A DNA stretch of 61,904 nucleotides, taken from contig DATEMY010000434.1 of the NCBI GenBank assembly GCA_035275345.1, positions 1 to 61,904 of the forward strand, in the 5' to 3' direction. Below the pieces are notes generated by a model. It was not told the origin of the DNA. It did no database searches and saw nothing but the letters and a program-made list of their open reading frames with translations. The first letter of the stretch is position 1, and each line of letters opens with the position of its first letter. Source of the stretch: Blastocatellia bacterium. Its GTDB lineage: Bacteria; Acidobacteriota; Blastocatellia; RBC074. Both the position numbers and the translations under genes were made by a program. Below, one piece after another: positions 22,031 to 32,713 of the stretch.

Positions 22031-23029
22031 ATGAGAAAAACACTGATTGGCGCAACGATCGCATTGGTTCTCACAGCGCTCGGCATACAATCGGGCGGCT
22101 CGGCGGCGCCCGCGATTCAGGAGACGATCACCGGAGATTGGACGGCGAAAGTCAAACAAACCGATAGAGGCCCCGCGCTCTGGCTGTCGCTCAATCGCAG
22201 TACCGTCGCGGGGAAGGGCAATTTCCAGATGAGCAGCGATTTCCCCCTGCAGGATTTCACCGGCCTCAACCCGAACGCCAACTCGAATGTGCAATTCACG
22301 CTACAGCGCGAGGCCGGCGTGGTTCTCTTCGACGGGCTGTTCAAGGACGGAAGAGGGGTCGGAGATTTCAGATTCACGCCCAACAGCGGTTTTATCTCCA
22401 CGATGCGCAATCTGGGTTATGACGAGCTGACGGTCGACAAACTCTTCTCGATGACGATGCACGACGTCGGCACGCGCTTCATCAACGAATTGAAATCGTT
22501 CGGCTATGACAAAATCCCGCTCAATAAATTGATCGGGATGCGGATTCACGGCGCGGACGGCGATTTCATCCGCAGAATGCAGGCGATCGGGTACAGAGAA
22601 ATTCCAGCCGACAAATTGACCTCGATGCGCATCCATGGCGTGGATGAGGAGTTCATTCGAAGAGCCGAGGCGATGGGCTACAAAGATCTGCCTGTGAACG
22701 ATCTGATCACGATGCGGATTCACGGAATTGACGAAGAGTATGTCAAAAGCGTTCAGGCGATGGGATACAACAACATACCTTTCAACAAGCTGGTTTCGAT
22801 GCGCATCCACAACGTCAGCGGGAAATTCATCAAGGAGATGGAAGAAATCGGTTACAACAACATCCCTTTGAACAAATTGATCACGCTGCGCATCCACGGC
22901 ATTGACAGTAAATTCGTCAAAGATATGAAAGACCAGGGATTCAACAACCTCTCGATTGACGACCTGATCAAACTGCGCATCCACGGCGTGGACAGTGATT
23001 ACATCAGGAGGATGAGAGGGAATAGGTAA
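22031..23029 (+). CDS. Secreted paralog of 20876-21874 with a divergent ~34-aa repeat series
   Basis: Same N-terminal domain (ETITGDWTAKVKQTDRGPALWLSLN...FTLQREAG). Repeats of the type LITMRIHGIDEEYVKSVQAMGYNNIPFNK. Confidence 0.8.
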   Translation: MRKTLIGATIALVLTALGIQSGGSAAPAIQETITGDWTAKVKQTDRGPALWLSLNRSTVAGKGNFQMSSDFPLQDFTGLNPNANSNVQFTLQREAGVVLFDGLFKDGRGVGDFRFTPNSGFISTMRNLGYDELTVDKLFSMTMHDVGTRFINELKSFGYDKIPLNKLIGMRIHGADGDFIRRMQAIGYREIPADKLTSMRIHGVDEEFIRRAEAMGYKDLPVNDLITMRIHGIDEEYVKSVQAMGYNNIPFNKLVSMRIHNVSGKFIKEMEEIGYNNIPLNKLITLRIHGIDSKFVKDMKDQGFNNLSIDDLIKLRIHGVDSDYIRRMRGNR

Positions 23030-23046
23030 TCGCACGAACCGCCAAA

Positions 23047-23125
23047 GAAGCCAAAAGGGCCAGAAGGGCAAAAAGAACAAAATAGCTCTATTTTGTTCTT
23101 TTTGCCCTTCTGGCCCTTTTGCTTC
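23047..23125. terminator. Long near-perfect hairpin between convergent genes (candidate bidirectional terminator)
   Basis: GAAGCCAAAAGGGCCAGAAGGGCAAAAAGAACAAAATAG at 23047-23085 pairs with CTATTTTGTTCTTTTTGCCCTTCTGGCCCTTTTGCTTC at 23088-23125, with one bulged base. The arm has 9-nt periodic words. Confidence 0.7.
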
Positions 23126-23163
23126 TACTTTGCTTCCTTATTGCTCAATGGAGAGATCGCAGG

Positions 23164-25020
23164 TTACTGACGCCCATCTATTTGGTTATTGAATAGTTTT
23201 AAAGCGGCGCCGTCAATGTTCTCGAACGCGCTCTCTGAACTCGCGCGCTCAGCTTGCTGCTCGGTCTTTTGATCTGTGACCGGCAATTGGATCGTGAACG
23301 TGCTGCCCTCGCCGGGCTTGCTCTGGACGGTGATTTTGCCGCGGTGCGCCACGACGATGTGTTTGACCAGCGACAGACCAAGACCGCTCCCCTTTACGTC
23401 GTGAACCAGGCTGGAGCCGACCCGGTAAAATTTCTCGAAAATCTTCTCGTGTTCCTCAGGGGCAATGCCGACGCCGCGGTCGGCGACGGCTATCGCCACG
23501 AAACCATCGGATTGCGTGATGCGGACGTTGATCTCCTTCTCCTCGCAGGAATATTTGATCGCGTTGTCGAGCAGGTTCGTCAGCGCGAGCGCGAGCGCGT
23601 CGGGATCGAGAACGACTTTGGGCAGCGCGTTCTGCGGGGCTTCGTAAGCGAGAGTAAACCCGTTCTGCTTCAGGTGGACGGTGAAAGCCTCCAGCGTCCC
23701 GGTAACTATCTCTTTAATATCGCACGATTCAAACTGGAATATTTTGCGCCCGGATTCGATCCGTGAAAAGTCGAGGATGTTGTTGATGACCTGTGTCAAG
23801 CGGCGGCCTTCGCTCTCGATGTAGGCGCCGTATTCGCGCACGCGGTCGGGTTGGTTGATGCGTCCCAGGTTCAAAAGTTCGGCCAATACGCGGATCGAGG
23901 CGAGCGGGGTGCGCAGCTCGTGCGAAACGTTCGAGACGAAATCGGCCTTCATCTGCGTCAGCTTCATCTCACGCGACGCCGTGCGCAGCATCAGCGCGAC
24001 TGCGCCAATCAGAAAGAGCGTCATGATGATCCAGAGCGACAGGTTGATCATGAAGTTGCGCCGCGCCCACTGTTCGACGGTCAGGTTTTTCAACCGGACC
24101 GAAAGGATGAATCTCGGGCCGGAATTCGAGTAGACAAGCGAGAAAGACTGTGACGCCTCCGCTTTGATCTTTTGTTCGCTCTCGGAGAGTTTAAGGTTGT
24201 TGCCTTTCCCGTCATAGGCCATATAAAACCCTGATCTGTCGGACAAAGAGATGATGGCATCCTGGTCTTCGTGCGGCAGAAATTTACGCAGGGAGTTGCG
24301 GATAGCCTCTGGAAGGCGTGTGTCATAGAAGAATTCGTGATCCACGACCATTCCGGCGGCGGCCACTATCTTCTTCCAATCCTTCTTCACTTCGTGGAGC
24401 ACCGGCTTGACGATCAGCGGGTGGCGCAGGTTTCGATCAACGCTCGTGGCGGCCGGCAGTATGTTCATGGCTCCTTCACGAATGTAGACCATGTAAGAAG
24501 AGCAGGCGACGTTGATGGCGATCAACTCCGGCGCTTTGGGGTCGCGGATCATCGACTGGCTCGTAGGGTCGTAAAAGAAGATTTCGCTCCCCTGGGCTCC
24601 GTCCTTTTCAGTGGCCACGACGATGAAGTACCGGCGGGCGCCTTTGAAATCCTGTTTTTTGAAATGATCGGCCACGCGCGCCACAGCGTTCTGAGACAGC
24701 GAGCGCTCATCATCGTCCTCGACCACGCTGCTTTTTGGAAGATCAATCGCGCCGGCAGGGACGGCCAGCGCCTTTTCAGCGTTGATGTTGTAAAACTCCC
24801 TGAAGTCGTCGACCACCGACATCAGGTATTGCGCCATCAGTTGTTTGCGGTGAGCCGGAAGCGTTTCGTTCAAGGTAGTCAGCGCGTTATATTGCAGGAA
24901 GATGATGACGAGCAGCGGAATAGTTACAGCCATCCCACCGACAGCAAACGCGCGCTGCTTCAGAAACGCTCTTATTTTGTTGGTTAAAGACCCTTCCATT
25001 CCTCGCGGCGAAGTATACAC
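23164..25020 (-). CDS. Sensor histidine kinase
   Basis: Two transmembrane segments flank a periplasmic region. H-box VSHELRTPL, N-box LLDNAIKY, and G-boxes DRGVGI / GSGLGLS. Confidence 0.93.
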   Translation of the reverse strand: MYTSPRGMEGSLTNKIRAFLKQRAFAVGGMAVTIPLLVIIFLQYNALTTLNETLPAHRKQLMAQYLMSVVDDFREFYNINAEKALAVPAGAIDLPKSSVVEDDDERSLSQNAVARVADHFKKQDFKGARRYFIVVATEKDGAQGSEIFFYDPTSQSMIRDPKAPELIAINVACSSYMVYIREGAMNILPAATSVDRNLRHPLIVKPVLHEVKKDWKKIVAAAGMVVDHEFFYDTRLPEAIRNSLRKFLPHEDQDAIISLSDRSGFYMAYDGKGNNLKLSESEQKIKAEASQSFSLVYSNSGPRFILSVRLKNLTVEQWARRNFMINLSLWIIMTLFLIGAVALMLRTASREMKLTQMKADFVSNVSHELRTPLASIRVLAELLNLGRINQPDRVREYGAYIESEGRRLTQVINNILDFSRIESGRKIFQFESCDIKEIVTGTLEAFTVHLKQNGFTLAYEAPQNALPKVVLDPDALALALTNLLDNAIKYSCEEKEINVRITQSDGFVAIAVADRGVGIAPEEHEKIFEKFYRVGSSLVHDVKGSGLGLSLVKHIVVAHRGKITVQSKPGEGSTFTIQLPVTDQKTEQQAERASSESAFENIDGAALKLFNNQIDGRQ

Positions 25021-25093
25021 AAGATCACATGGGTCTGTGCTGTGAGTTTTGCAACTTTTTACAACTTCGTGGCTTCTTCGGAATTTCGATTTC

Positions 25094-25212
25094 GGGAACC
25101 GTCATTCCCGGAAGCGCACACTCCGGCGCGGCAGGGTTGTCTCCGTGGATTTACCAAATTCACTGATTTCATCAATTACCTGTGGCGAATAGACTGGCAC
25201 GACAATTGGTTA
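25094..25212 (+). promoter_or_regulatory. Sigma-54-like -24/-12 element with upstream inverted-repeat site
   Basis: TGGCACGACAATTGGTTA at 25195-25212. GGGAACCGTCATTCCC at 25094-25109, which is 101 nt upstream of the TGGCAC. Confidence 0.6.
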
Positions 25213-25282
25213 AGCAGCGAATACTGATTAGTGTGTCTGCGAATTCAAAATCTTGTCTGGCATTATAAAAAAAGAGGGTTGA

Positions 25283-27724
25283 ATGAGCGCATTGATTCAA
25301 GACTTCCGTTATGGCCTCCGCTGTCTTTGGCGTAATCCTGGATTTACGACTATCGCCGTGCTTTCGTTGTCGCTCGGGATCGGCGCAAACACTGCGATTT
25401 TCAGTTTGATCAATACGGTCTTACTACGGCCTTTGCCGTACCAAGAACCTGAGCGACTGGTGATGGTCTGGGAGGACGCGTCGTTCGCGGGGTTTCCGCA
25501 AAACACGCCCGCGCCGGCGAATTACGCCGATTGGAAGGCGCAGAATCAAACCTTCGAGGATATGGCGGCGCTTGCCCAGAGGAGTTTCAACCTGACCGGA
25601 GACGGCGAGCCGGAGAGGGTGGACGCTTATGCGGTGACAGCCAATTTCTTCCCGATACTGGGCGTCAAGCCCGCGCTCGGCCGCTCCTTCCTGGCCGATG
25701 AAGACCAACCCGGCGGGAATAATGCGGTCATGCTCAGCTACAGACTGTGGCAGCATAGGTATGGCGGCGAACGCGACATTATCGGAAGAGAGCTCCTGCT
25801 CAACGGCGAGAAATACAGCGTCGTCGGAGTGGCGCCCGCCGGATTTCAATTCATGGAAAGCGAGATCGGTCTTTGGGTTCCGGTAAGATTCACTCAACAG
25901 GAACTCGCCAACCGCGGCGGTCATTATTTGTGGGTTGTTGGGCGGATGAAACCCGGCGTGACCTTGGAAAAGGCGAATGCGGACATCAAGACGGTTATGA
26001 GCCGCATCGTGCGCGACAATCCGGGCAATGCGGGAAGGTTCGACGCCTATGTGATGTCAATGCGCGATCAGCTGGCCGGCGGTTCAAGACGGCCGTTGAT
26101 CGTGTTGCTGGTCGCGGTCGGATTCGTATTGCTGATCGCCTGCGCGAACATCGCAAACCTGCTGCTCGCGCGCGCAGTCAACCGAGGTCGCGAAATCGCC
26201 GTCCGCAGCGCGCTAGGAGCGGGAAGACTTCGGATCGTGCGCCAACTTCTTACAGAGAGCGTACTGCTATCGTTCGCCGGAGCGGCGGTCGGATTGCTGT
26301 TTGCCTCATGGAGCTTCAGCCTCCTGCAACGACTCATCCCCGAGGGTCTCGCGCTTTCGACGAGCCTCAACATCGACCTGAAGGTCCTGGGCTTCACGCT
26401 GATTGTCACGCTGGGCTCCGGGGTGGTCTTCGGTTTGGCTCCCGCCCTTCATGCCTCGAAGATTGATTTAAACGACGCGTTGAAGCAGAGCGGCGCCAGA
26501 GTGGGTTCGAGCGGCGGCGCCAACAGGCTGCGTAACGCTTTGGTCGTAGTCGAGGTCGCATTGTCGCTGGTGCTGCTGGTTGGCGCGGGGTTGCTAATTC
26601 AAACGTTCTTCAAGATGCTGAATCAATACTCCGGTCTTCGGCCTGAAAACGTTCTGCTAATGAGAACCAACCTGCCGCGAAGCAAATATGGCGATCCCCC
26701 GAAACGCAACGCCTTTTATGATCAGACGCTCGAGCGTCTGAAGAGCCTGCCGGGCGTGGTTTCCGTGGGATACACGATGAGCGTGCCGTTGGACTGGAAG
26801 GGCGGGACGAGCGGGTTCTGGATCGAGGGGCGCACTGTTGAACAGGCCGTCTCGCAAGGCCTGTCGTACGACGCCAACCACCGGCAGGTCAGCGCCGCTT
26901 ACCTGCAAACGATGGGCATCCCGCTCCGGCGTGGCCGATTCTTCGGCGAAAGCGACAACGAGAAATCAATGCCGGCGGCGATCATCAACGAAACGATGGC
27001 GAGACAATACTGGCCGGGCGAAGACGCGGTCGGAAAGCGGTTCAAGCTCGGCGATCCCAACTCGCCTGTTCCCTGGATAACGGTCGTCGGCGTCGTCGCC
27101 GATGTCAGGCAGATGGGAATGGACGCGGCGGTCAAAGCCGAAATGTATTTGCCTTACCGCCAGATGACGACTCACTCATTCTTCGCGCCGCGCGATCTGG
27201 TCATCCGCGCCTCAGTTGACCCAATGAGCCTCGTCGCCTCGGCTCGGCGCGAAATTCATGCCATTGACCCGGATCAACCGGTCTCGAACATCCGCACGAT
27301 GGAAGGTGTGTTGGACGAGGAGATAGGCCAGCGCCGTATGGGGATGACGCTGGTCGCGGCATTCGCTGGACTGGCCGTACTGCTCGCGTCGCTCGGGATT
27401 TACGGCGTTCTTTCGTATTTCGTTGTTCAACACACGCGGGAAATCGGCGTACGGCTGGCGTTGGGCGCGCAGCGCCGCAACATCCTTGGGCTGGTGATTA
27501 AGAAGGGGATGACGCTGGCTCTGATTGGCGTCTCGATCGGGCTGGCCGCCGCATTCGCTTTGACCAGGTTGATCTCGAGCCTGCTTTATGAAGTCAAAGC
27601 GGCTGATCCCTTAACCTTCACTGTAGTCGCGGCGATGCTGACAGTCGTGGCGTTGCTGGCTTGTTACATACCGGCGCGGCGAGCGATGAAGACGCTTCCG
27701 ATGGTGGCTTTGAGATGCGAATAG
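25283..27724 (+). CDS. ADOP-family duplicated MacB/FtsX-type permease
   Basis: SALIQDFRYGLRCLWRNPGFT signature, duplicated FtsX halves and a YIPARRAMKTLPMVALRCE tail. Confidence 0.95.
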   Translation: MSALIQDFRYGLRCLWRNPGFTTIAVLSLSLGIGANTAIFSLINTVLLRPLPYQEPERLVMVWEDASFAGFPQNTPAPANYADWKAQNQTFEDMAALAQRSFNLTGDGEPERVDAYAVTANFFPILGVKPALGRSFLADEDQPGGNNAVMLSYRLWQHRYGGERDIIGRELLLNGEKYSVVGVAPAGFQFMESEIGLWVPVRFTQQELANRGGHYLWVVGRMKPGVTLEKANADIKTVMSRIVRDNPGNAGRFDAYVMSMRDQLAGGSRRPLIVLLVAVGFVLLIACANIANLLLARAVNRGREIAVRSALGAGRLRIVRQLLTESVLLSFAGAAVGLLFASWSFSLLQRLIPEGLALSTSLNIDLKVLGFTLIVTLGSGVVFGLAPALHASKIDLNDALKQSGARVGSSGGANRLRNALVVVEVALSLVLLVGAGLLIQTFFKMLNQYSGLRPENVLLMRTNLPRSKYGDPPKRNAFYDQTLERLKSLPGVVSVGYTMSVPLDWKGGTSGFWIEGRTVEQAVSQGLSYDANHRQVSAAYLQTMGIPLRRGRFFGESDNEKSMPAAIINETMARQYWPGEDAVGKRFKLGDPNSPVPWITVVGVVADVRQMGMDAAVKAEMYLPYRQMTTHSFFAPRDLVIRASVDPMSLVASARREIHAIDPDQPVSNIRTMEGVLDEEIGQRRMGMTLVAAFAGLAVLLASLGIYGVLSYFVVQHTREIGVRLALGAQRRNILGLVIKKGMTLALIGVSIGLAAAFALTRLISSLLYEVKAADPLTFTVVAAMLTVVALLACYIPARRAMKTLPMVALRCE

Positions 27725-27857
27725 GTTTCAGGTGTCAGGTTTCAGGTGTCAGGTTTCAGGTGTCAGGTTCCAGGTTTCAAGAAAAGAATGTCGCCGCGGA
27801 TTACAACCTGAAACCTGACACCTGAAACCTGACACCTGGAACCTGACACCTGACACC
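27724..27857. repeat. Heptamer-array hairpin: 8 x GGT(T/G)TCA facing 7 x TG(A/G)(A/C)ACC
   Basis: Alternating GGTTTCA/GGTGTCA at 27724-27779. The complementary heptamers lie at 27809-27857. Same word family and same genic context as 12729-12862. Confidence 0.9.
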
Positions 27858-27873
27858 TTCTTCGGGAGGAATT

Positions 27874-30312
27874 ATGCAGACCCTTTGGCAGGATTTGCGA
27901 TACGGATTGCGAACGTTGCTCAAAAACCCCGGCTTCACTCTGGTCGCGGTCGTCACGCTAGCGCTCGGCGTCGGCGTCAACACAGCGATCTTCAGCGTGG
28001 TTAACGGCGTGCTGCTGCGCCCGCTGCCTTTCAATCAGCCCGAACGCATCGTCACGTTGTGGGAGAATAACCTGAAAGACGGAATTGAGCGTGACGACGT
28101 TTCGCCGGCCAATTTCCTCGACTGGAGCGAACGCAGCCGAAGCTTTGAAGAGATGGCCTTCGCCAATCCGTGGAGCCTGGATTTCATAGGCGAGACTGAG
28201 CCTGAGACGTGGCGCGCGACGCGCGTCTCACAAGGCTTTTTCCGCATTCTGGGCGCACAGGCGATAGTCGGGCGCACGTTTCTCCCTGAGGAATACGAGA
28301 CCGGGCGCAACCAGGTGGTCGTGCTGAGTTACGGTTTGTGGCGGAGGCGTTTTGGCGCCGAGCCAGGCGTCGTCGGGCGGAAGTTGACGCTCGACGGTCA
28401 GCCGATGACGGTAGTGGGCGTAATGCCGCCGGAATTCAAATTGCGTCTGTTCGATCGTGAAGAAGAGTTGTGGTGGCCGCAGACGCCTGATGAAAGCATG
28501 CGTCGACAGCGTCGAGCGACTTATCTGAAAGTGATCGCGAGACTGAAACCCGGCGTAAGCGTCGAACAGGCGCGCGCCGAGATGAGTTCGATTGCGGCCA
28601 ATCTCGCTTCGGAATATCCCCAGACCAACGCGGGCGTCGGCGCGACAACGGTTACATTGACCGAGCAGGAGACGGGGCATGTCCGCACGGCTCTGCTGGC
28701 GTTGCTCGCCGCGGTCGCCGCGGTGCTACTGATCGCCTGCGCTAACGTGGCCAACCTGTTGCTGGCCCGCGGCAATGAGCGCGAGCGCGAGTTCGCGATC
28801 CGCGCGGCGATCGGAGCGGGAGGCGCGCGGTTGGCTCGGCAGACGTTGACTGAAAGTTTGTTGCTCGCGTCGCTTGGATGTGGAGGCGGCTTGTTGCTCG
28901 CCGCGTGGGGCATTGATCTGATCGTGGCGATGAGTCCGGGCGACATCCCTCGCCTCGAACAGGTCAGGCTGGATCGAGTGACGCTGCTGTTCGTCGCGGG
29001 TCTTTCATTCCTGACGGCCTTGATCTTCGGCTTTGCGCCCGCGCTCCAGTTTTCAAGACCGAAGCTTAGCGACTGCCTCAAGGAGGCTTCGCACACTGCG
29101 ACTGGAGGATCGACCAGGCGCAGACTGCGTAGCGCTCTGGTGATTTCAGAGATCGCGTTGGCGCTGGCGCTCCTGGTCGGCGCGGGGTTGCTTGTTCGCA
29201 GCTTCTTCACGCTGCTGAAGACCGATCCCGGCTTTGCCGCGGACAAGCTGGTCGCCCTCCAGACCTTCGTCTGGGATCGTTACGGCAAGCCGGAAGAGCG
29301 CGCGGCTTATGTCCAACAAGTGACCGAAAAGATGAGGTCCGCGCCTGGAGTCCAGACCGTCGGCGTGACGACCGCGCTGCCGTTTTTTGAAAGCAGCATG
29401 GATTCATCCTACCCGTTCACGGTCGAAGGCCGTCCCGCGCCGCCCGTAGGGCAGGAACCGACGGCTTTTGCGACCATCGCCAACAACGATTACTTCGCGG
29501 CGTTGGGCGCTCCGCTGCTGCGCGGCAGGATGTTCAGCGAATTCGATAAGATGGGCGCGGCCCCAGTCATCCTGATCAACGAGACGATGGGTCGCCGCCA
29601 TTTCCGCGACGAAAACCCCATCGGGCGCAAGCTCACCGTCCGCGGATCGCTGCGCGGGCAACCCACGCCATTGACGTTTGAAATCGTCGGCGTGGTCGGC
29701 GATGTGCGCCACGACGGATTGGACAGGGAGCCGCGCGCCGAATACTTCAGACCTTACGCCCAAATACCCAACGGCTCGATCATTTTTGTCGTGCGAACCG
29801 ATGTTGAACCGACGAACCTGCTCCAGGCTCTCAAGGCTCGCATTTGGGAAGTCAACGCGACGCAGCCGATTTACGCCGTCAGCGTCATGGCCGATTCGAT
29901 TGACGCTTCGCTCAAATCGCGGCGGTTCAGTTTGTGGTTATTCATCGCTTTTGCGGCGCTGGCGCTGGCATTGGCCATCGTCGGGATATACGGCGTGATG
30001 AGTTACTCGACCTCGCAGCGCACCCATGAAATCGGCGTGCGAATGGCGCTCGGCGCGGCGTCGCACGACATCATTAAACTGGTTATGAAGCAGGGAATGC
30101 GATTGACGATGGCCGGCGTCGCCATTGGATTGCTCGTCTCGATACTCTTTACCAGGTTGATGAGAGGCCTGCTTTATGGGGTTAGCGCGACTGATCCGCT
30201 GACCCTCGTCGTCGTATCGCTATTGCTCACAGGGGTTGCGCTGCTTTCCTGTTACGCGCCGGCGCGGCGGGCGACGAAAGTCGATCCGATGGTCGCATTA
30301 AGGCGCGACTGA
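27874..30312 (+). CDS. ADOP-family duplicated MacB/FtsX-type permease
   Basis: [22 protein letters not shown] signature and a [19 protein letters not shown] tail. Confidence 0.95.
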   Translation: MQTLWQDLRYGLRTLLKNPGFTLVAVVTLALGVGVNTAIFSVVNGVLLRPLPFNQPERIVTLWENNLKDGIERDDVSPANFLDWSERSRSFEEMAFANPWSLDFIGETEPETWRATRVSQGFFRILGAQAIVGRTFLPEEYETGRNQVVVLSYGLWRRRFGAEPGVVGRKLTLDGQPMTVVGVMPPEFKLRLFDREEELWWPQTPDESMRRQRRATYLKVIARLKPGVSVEQARAEMSSIAANLASEYPQTNAGVGATTVTLTEQETGHVRTALLALLAAVAAVLLIACANVANLLLARGNEREREFAIRAAIGAGGARLARQTLTESLLLASLGCGGGLLLAAWGIDLIVAMSPGDIPRLEQVRLDRVTLLFVAGLSFLTALIFGFAPALQFSRPKLSDCLKEASHTATGGSTRRRLRSALVISEIALALALLVGAGLLVRSFFTLLKTDPGFAADKLVALQTFVWDRYGKPEERAAYVQQVTEKMRSAPGVQTVGVTTALPFFESSMDSSYPFTVEGRPAPPVGQEPTAFATIANNDYFAALGAPLLRGRMFSEFDKMGAAPVILINETMGRRHFRDENPIGRKLTVRGSLRGQPTPLTFEIVGVVGDVRHDGLDREPRAEYFRPYAQIPNGSIIFVVRTDVEPTNLLQALKARIWEVNATQPIYAVSVMADSIDASLKSRRFSLWLFIAFAALALALAIVGIYGVMSYSTSQRTHEIGVRMALGAASHDIIKLVMKQGMRLTMAGVAIGLLVSILFTRLMRGLLYGVSATDPLTLVVVSLLLTGVALLSCYAPARRATKVDPMVALRRD

Positions 30313-30348
30313 GTCGCGAAGGCGTGAATGATTCGCGAAAGATGGTTG

Positions 30349-30377
30349 TTGAAAAAGTCCCCGCCTGAGTCTATAAT
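30349..30377 (+). promoter_or_regulatory. Sigma-70-type promoter candidate
   Basis: TTGAAA (30349-30354), a 17-nt spacer, then TATAAT (30372-30377), upstream of the ParA-like gene. Confidence 0.5.
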
Positions 30378-30442
30378 CCCGTTCTCTCCTCCGGATATGT
30401 CTTAGCTGAAGCATTTCCCATTATTCCCCCCATAGCCAATTT

Positions 30443-31339
30443 ATGCGAGCCGGAGTTATGTCAGAACATACATGTCTCCAGTTTGGCTCGGAGCGACTTC
30501 AGCGCGAAACCCCGGTCGCCCCGATAAAGCAAGAACCAACCCGGGTCCTTTCCTTCGTCAATCAGAAGGGGGGCACTGGTAAAACCACCATCGCGCAAAA
30601 TCTGGCCGTCTGTTTCGGTTTGCGCCACGATAAACGTGTGCTCTGTATTGACCTGGACCCTCAGGGAAACCTCGGCCAGGGGTTGCTCTACGGCCCGATC
30701 AATAATCCGAAAACAGCCGACCGCTTGCTTGTCGTTCCCAAGGTGGACATAGACGAATATATCATCCAGGTACGTCCCAATATTGACCTCATTCACAACA
30801 AGTTTCAGAAAGACCTGCGTGAGGCGGTAGACCGGTTGCCGCTCCACCCGAATTTATTGAGAAAGCAACTCGGCTCGGTGATAAAGCGTTATGATTACGT
30901 CATTGTCGACACTCCTGCCGGGTTATGCCGATCAACACAAGTCGGGATCGATGCGGCTGATCAGGTCATCCTTGTTGTTTCCTGTGGCATGTACGGGTTG
31001 AAGGGGATGATCGCCGTGGTTGACTGGATGGCGGGGATTCACAACCGGCTCGCCAAACCGATGCCCTCAATCAAGGTCGTGCTGAATAATTACGATGAAC
31101 GGCGGCGCTTCGACCGGGATTTTATACAGGAGGTACGGCACATTTTTGGCGACGACCTGTTCGAAACACACATCCGAACGAGCACCAGGATTATTGAAGC
31201 CGCGGCGCGGGGAGTCGGCGTAATCGAGCATGATAGCTCATGCGGCGCAGCCGAGGACTTCGAGTGGCTGAGCCTGGAAGTCCTCGGCCTGGCCAGCGCA
31301 AGAGACCGCCAGCTCGCCGTTGAAACCTGTTTTGGCTAA
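30443..31339 (+). CDS. ParA/MinD-family P-loop ATPase (no ParB gene recognised in the window)
   Basis: Deviant Walker A NQKGGTGKTT, CIDLDPQGN, and Walker B YVIVDTPAG. Confidence 0.9.
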   Translation: MRAGVMSEHTCLQFGSERLQRETPVAPIKQEPTRVLSFVNQKGGTGKTTIAQNLAVCFGLRHDKRVLCIDLDPQGNLGQGLLYGPINNPKTADRLLVVPKVDIDEYIIQVRPNIDLIHNKFQKDLREAVDRLPLHPNLLRKQLGSVIKRYDYVIVDTPAGLCRSTQVGIDAADQVILVVSCGMYGLKGMIAVVDWMAGIHNRLAKPMPSIKVVLNNYDERRRFDRDFIQEVRHIFGDDLFETHIRTSTRIIEAAARGVGVIEHDSSCGAAEDFEWLSLEVLGLASARDRQLAVETCFG

Positions 31340-31344
31340 ATTGA

Positions 31345-31638
31345 CTATGACGCCGATTGCGCGCCCGCTAATTTATCGCGAACCGTGGACCAGGTGCGTC
31401 CTGGCGTCAGCAGAAATTGCGGTGGGGTGGTCAATGCCACCGGTTTTCTCACCACAACCTCTTTGCTTTCGAGACGATCAATGGCTGCTCGGACCTGATC
31501 GACCCCTCCGATTTCAACTGCCCCGGCCAACGAATTTTCGTTTATGCCTCGCTCTTCAAATTCGGCGCGGTTGTCAGCCAACCAGCTTAGGACGCGATTC
31601 GCATCCTGCTCTATCTTTGCTTTGTGACGATCTGGCAT
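31345..31638 (-). CDS. Hypothetical protein (97 aa)
   Basis: ORF with an AGGAG ribosome-binding site 7 nt upstream of the ATG. Convergent with the ParA-like gene. No family recognised. Confidence 0.5.
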   Translation of the reverse strand: MPDRHKAKIEQDANRVLSWLADNRAEFEERGINENSLAGAVEIGGVDQVRAAIDRLESKEVVVRKPVALTTPPQFLLTPGRTWSTVRDKLAGAQSAS

Positions 31639-31804
31639 CTTGGACTCCTTTCTTTGCGGGTAAGTTTATCGACGCAGCCACTTCGGCTGCGGTTATAAAT
31701 TAGTCCTCAATACCCAATAAACCTATTGAACTATTCGCCAATTCCAGCGCGTCACTTATTTTCATCGTGTAGGCTCGATGAGAATCTTCCTGCATCTCTT
31801 CTGA

Positions 31805-32713
31805 CTACCTTACCATCCAGTACCCATTTTTATACGAGAGCTTCAGCTTCCCCAGTTGCGATGGCGCTTTGACCTGCAGGTGGATCTTATGCCAGGTCGT
31901 CCCTCCTGTTACATTATTCGGGTAAAAGCCTATGACATATTGCCGCCTGAGCATCAACGCCAACCGTGTGTAAATTAACTCAGCCGACGCGTAGTCGAAT
32001 GGAAAAAAAGCCTGGCCACCGGTCGGTTCCGCTATGAATTTCAGCGTGCCGGCGCCGCCGGAAAATTCACTCATGCCTATCGCATATATCTGAACGTCGT
32101 TCTCCTTGAGCAAATTCTGCAGCTCCCTGCCCGAATACCGGCTGCTGTTCTCCTCACCGTCGGAAAAGACCAAGATCACCTTCTTGTGATGTCGCCCCTG
32201 GCGGACCTTCTCGACCGCCGCATATGTCGCGTCGAACAAGGCCGTGCTTCCTTTCGCTTTGATAAAGGTCACGCGGCTCAGGAGCGCTTCCGGCAAAGAG
32301 GTGAAATCCTGAACCAGTTGAACGCGGTTGTTGAACGCATAGACATAGAACTCATCTTCCGCGTGCGAATTATCGAAGAAGTGTCTGAGCATCGACAAGG
32401 AGTGGGAGCTGAAGTCGCTCATAGAGCTGGAGACATCGTAGACAATCCCCAACGAGATTGGAGCGTCGTCATCGGAAAAGAAGGCGATGTCCTGCTTGAC
32501 GTTGTCGTCAAAGACCTCAAAATCCTCTTTTGTCAGGCCGGTAACGAATCTCCCAAGTTTGTCATTTACCGAAACTGTTAAATTCACCAACTTGGTATTT
32601 ATAACAATTTTGTCCTGGGGATTATTTGGCGCCTGTTTTGAATCGGGGGCTTGATGCAGGCTGAGCGCTGTGGTTATTAAGGTCACAATAACGCAGCTGA
32701 CTTTTCGTGACAT
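31805..32713 (-). CDS. Secreted von Willebrand factor A domain protein (VWFA-related acidobacterial type)
   Basis: Signal peptide, MIDAS motif DVSSSMS, and VILVFSDGEENSS. Confidence 0.85.
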   Translation of the reverse strand: MSRKVSCVIVTLITTALSLHQAPDSKQAPNNPQDKIVINTKLVNLTVSVNDKLGRFVTGLTKEDFEVFDDNVKQDIAFFSDDDAPISLGIVYDVSSSMSDFSSHSLSMLRHFFDNSHAEDEFYVYAFNNRVQLVQDFTSLPEALLSRVTFIKAKGSTALFDATYAAVEKVRQGRHHKKVILVFSDGEENSSRYSGRELQNLLKENDVQIYAIGMSEFSGGAGTLKFIAEPTGGQAFFPFDYASAELIYTRLALMLRRQYVIGFYPNNVTGGTTWHKIHLQVKAPSQLGKLKLSYKNGYWMVR

